Source of the DNA: Haliotis cracherodii
Taxonomy: Eukaryota
Direction: 5' to 3'
Assembly (NCBI RefSeq): GCF_022045235.1
Contig: NW_027266264.1
Span: 49,972,001-50,036,000 of the forward strand
DNA: 64,000 nucleotides
Shown here piece by piece: positions 63,725 to 64,000 of this stretch; positions within the stretch are counted from its first letter, which is position 1; each line of letters opens with the position of its first letter. Position numbers and translations under genes: made by a program. Under the pieces are notes generated by a model. That model was not told where the DNA came from. It searched no databases and worked only from the letters and a program-made list of their open reading frames with translations.

Positions 63725-64000
63725 CGACAATGATAGCTGCACCAACCATGTTAACCTTCCAGCCATGCAAAAAAGGATGTCAGATAGACAATAAATGTTA
63801 ACAAAAAACGTTCCAAGACTACAATACCATTTAGCTTCAGTTGCATCCAGTAAATAAATGTCATGGCACACCTACGCACAATCCTTGTTAAATAGTTACA
63901 TATACTGACGTAGTAAAATAAGTAAACATACTTGTACCTCAACAATTCTGCATAATGTGAATGATCGAGTCCTTGTTTCTTACGTTATGTATGTATGGCT

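Overview
This is AT-rich eukaryotic (metazoan) genomic DNA with three N gaps, no intact protein-coding gene and no rRNA, true tRNA or CRISPR array. From my recollection of mollusc SINE families, the repeat repertoire suggests a gastropod such as abalone; this was not checked. Mobile DNA dominates. There are four SINE-like families (A-D, many with clear TSDs and nesting), a CR1/L2-type LINE carrying two nested insertions, and an I/Nimb-type LINE with RNase H but no RT core. There are also four Tc1 relics, two Penelope-like remnants with minimal hammerhead motifs, MITE-like inverted repeats, and 28-, 47-, 122- and 127-bp tandem repeats. The main signal the ORF track misses is in the seemingly unique DNA from about 19.5 to 63.3 kb. 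It is an array of at least six same-orientation paralogous segments in two groups (G1-G4, G5-G6). Read on the + strand across stops and frameshifts, they show a signal peptide and repeated immunoglobulin V-set/C2-like strand signatures. I interpret this as a decayed multi-Ig receptor cluster with some intron-free domain junctions, shared disabling lesions and gene-conversion-like tracts. The Ig assignment is a by-eye reconstruction and needs a frameshift-aware HMM search.
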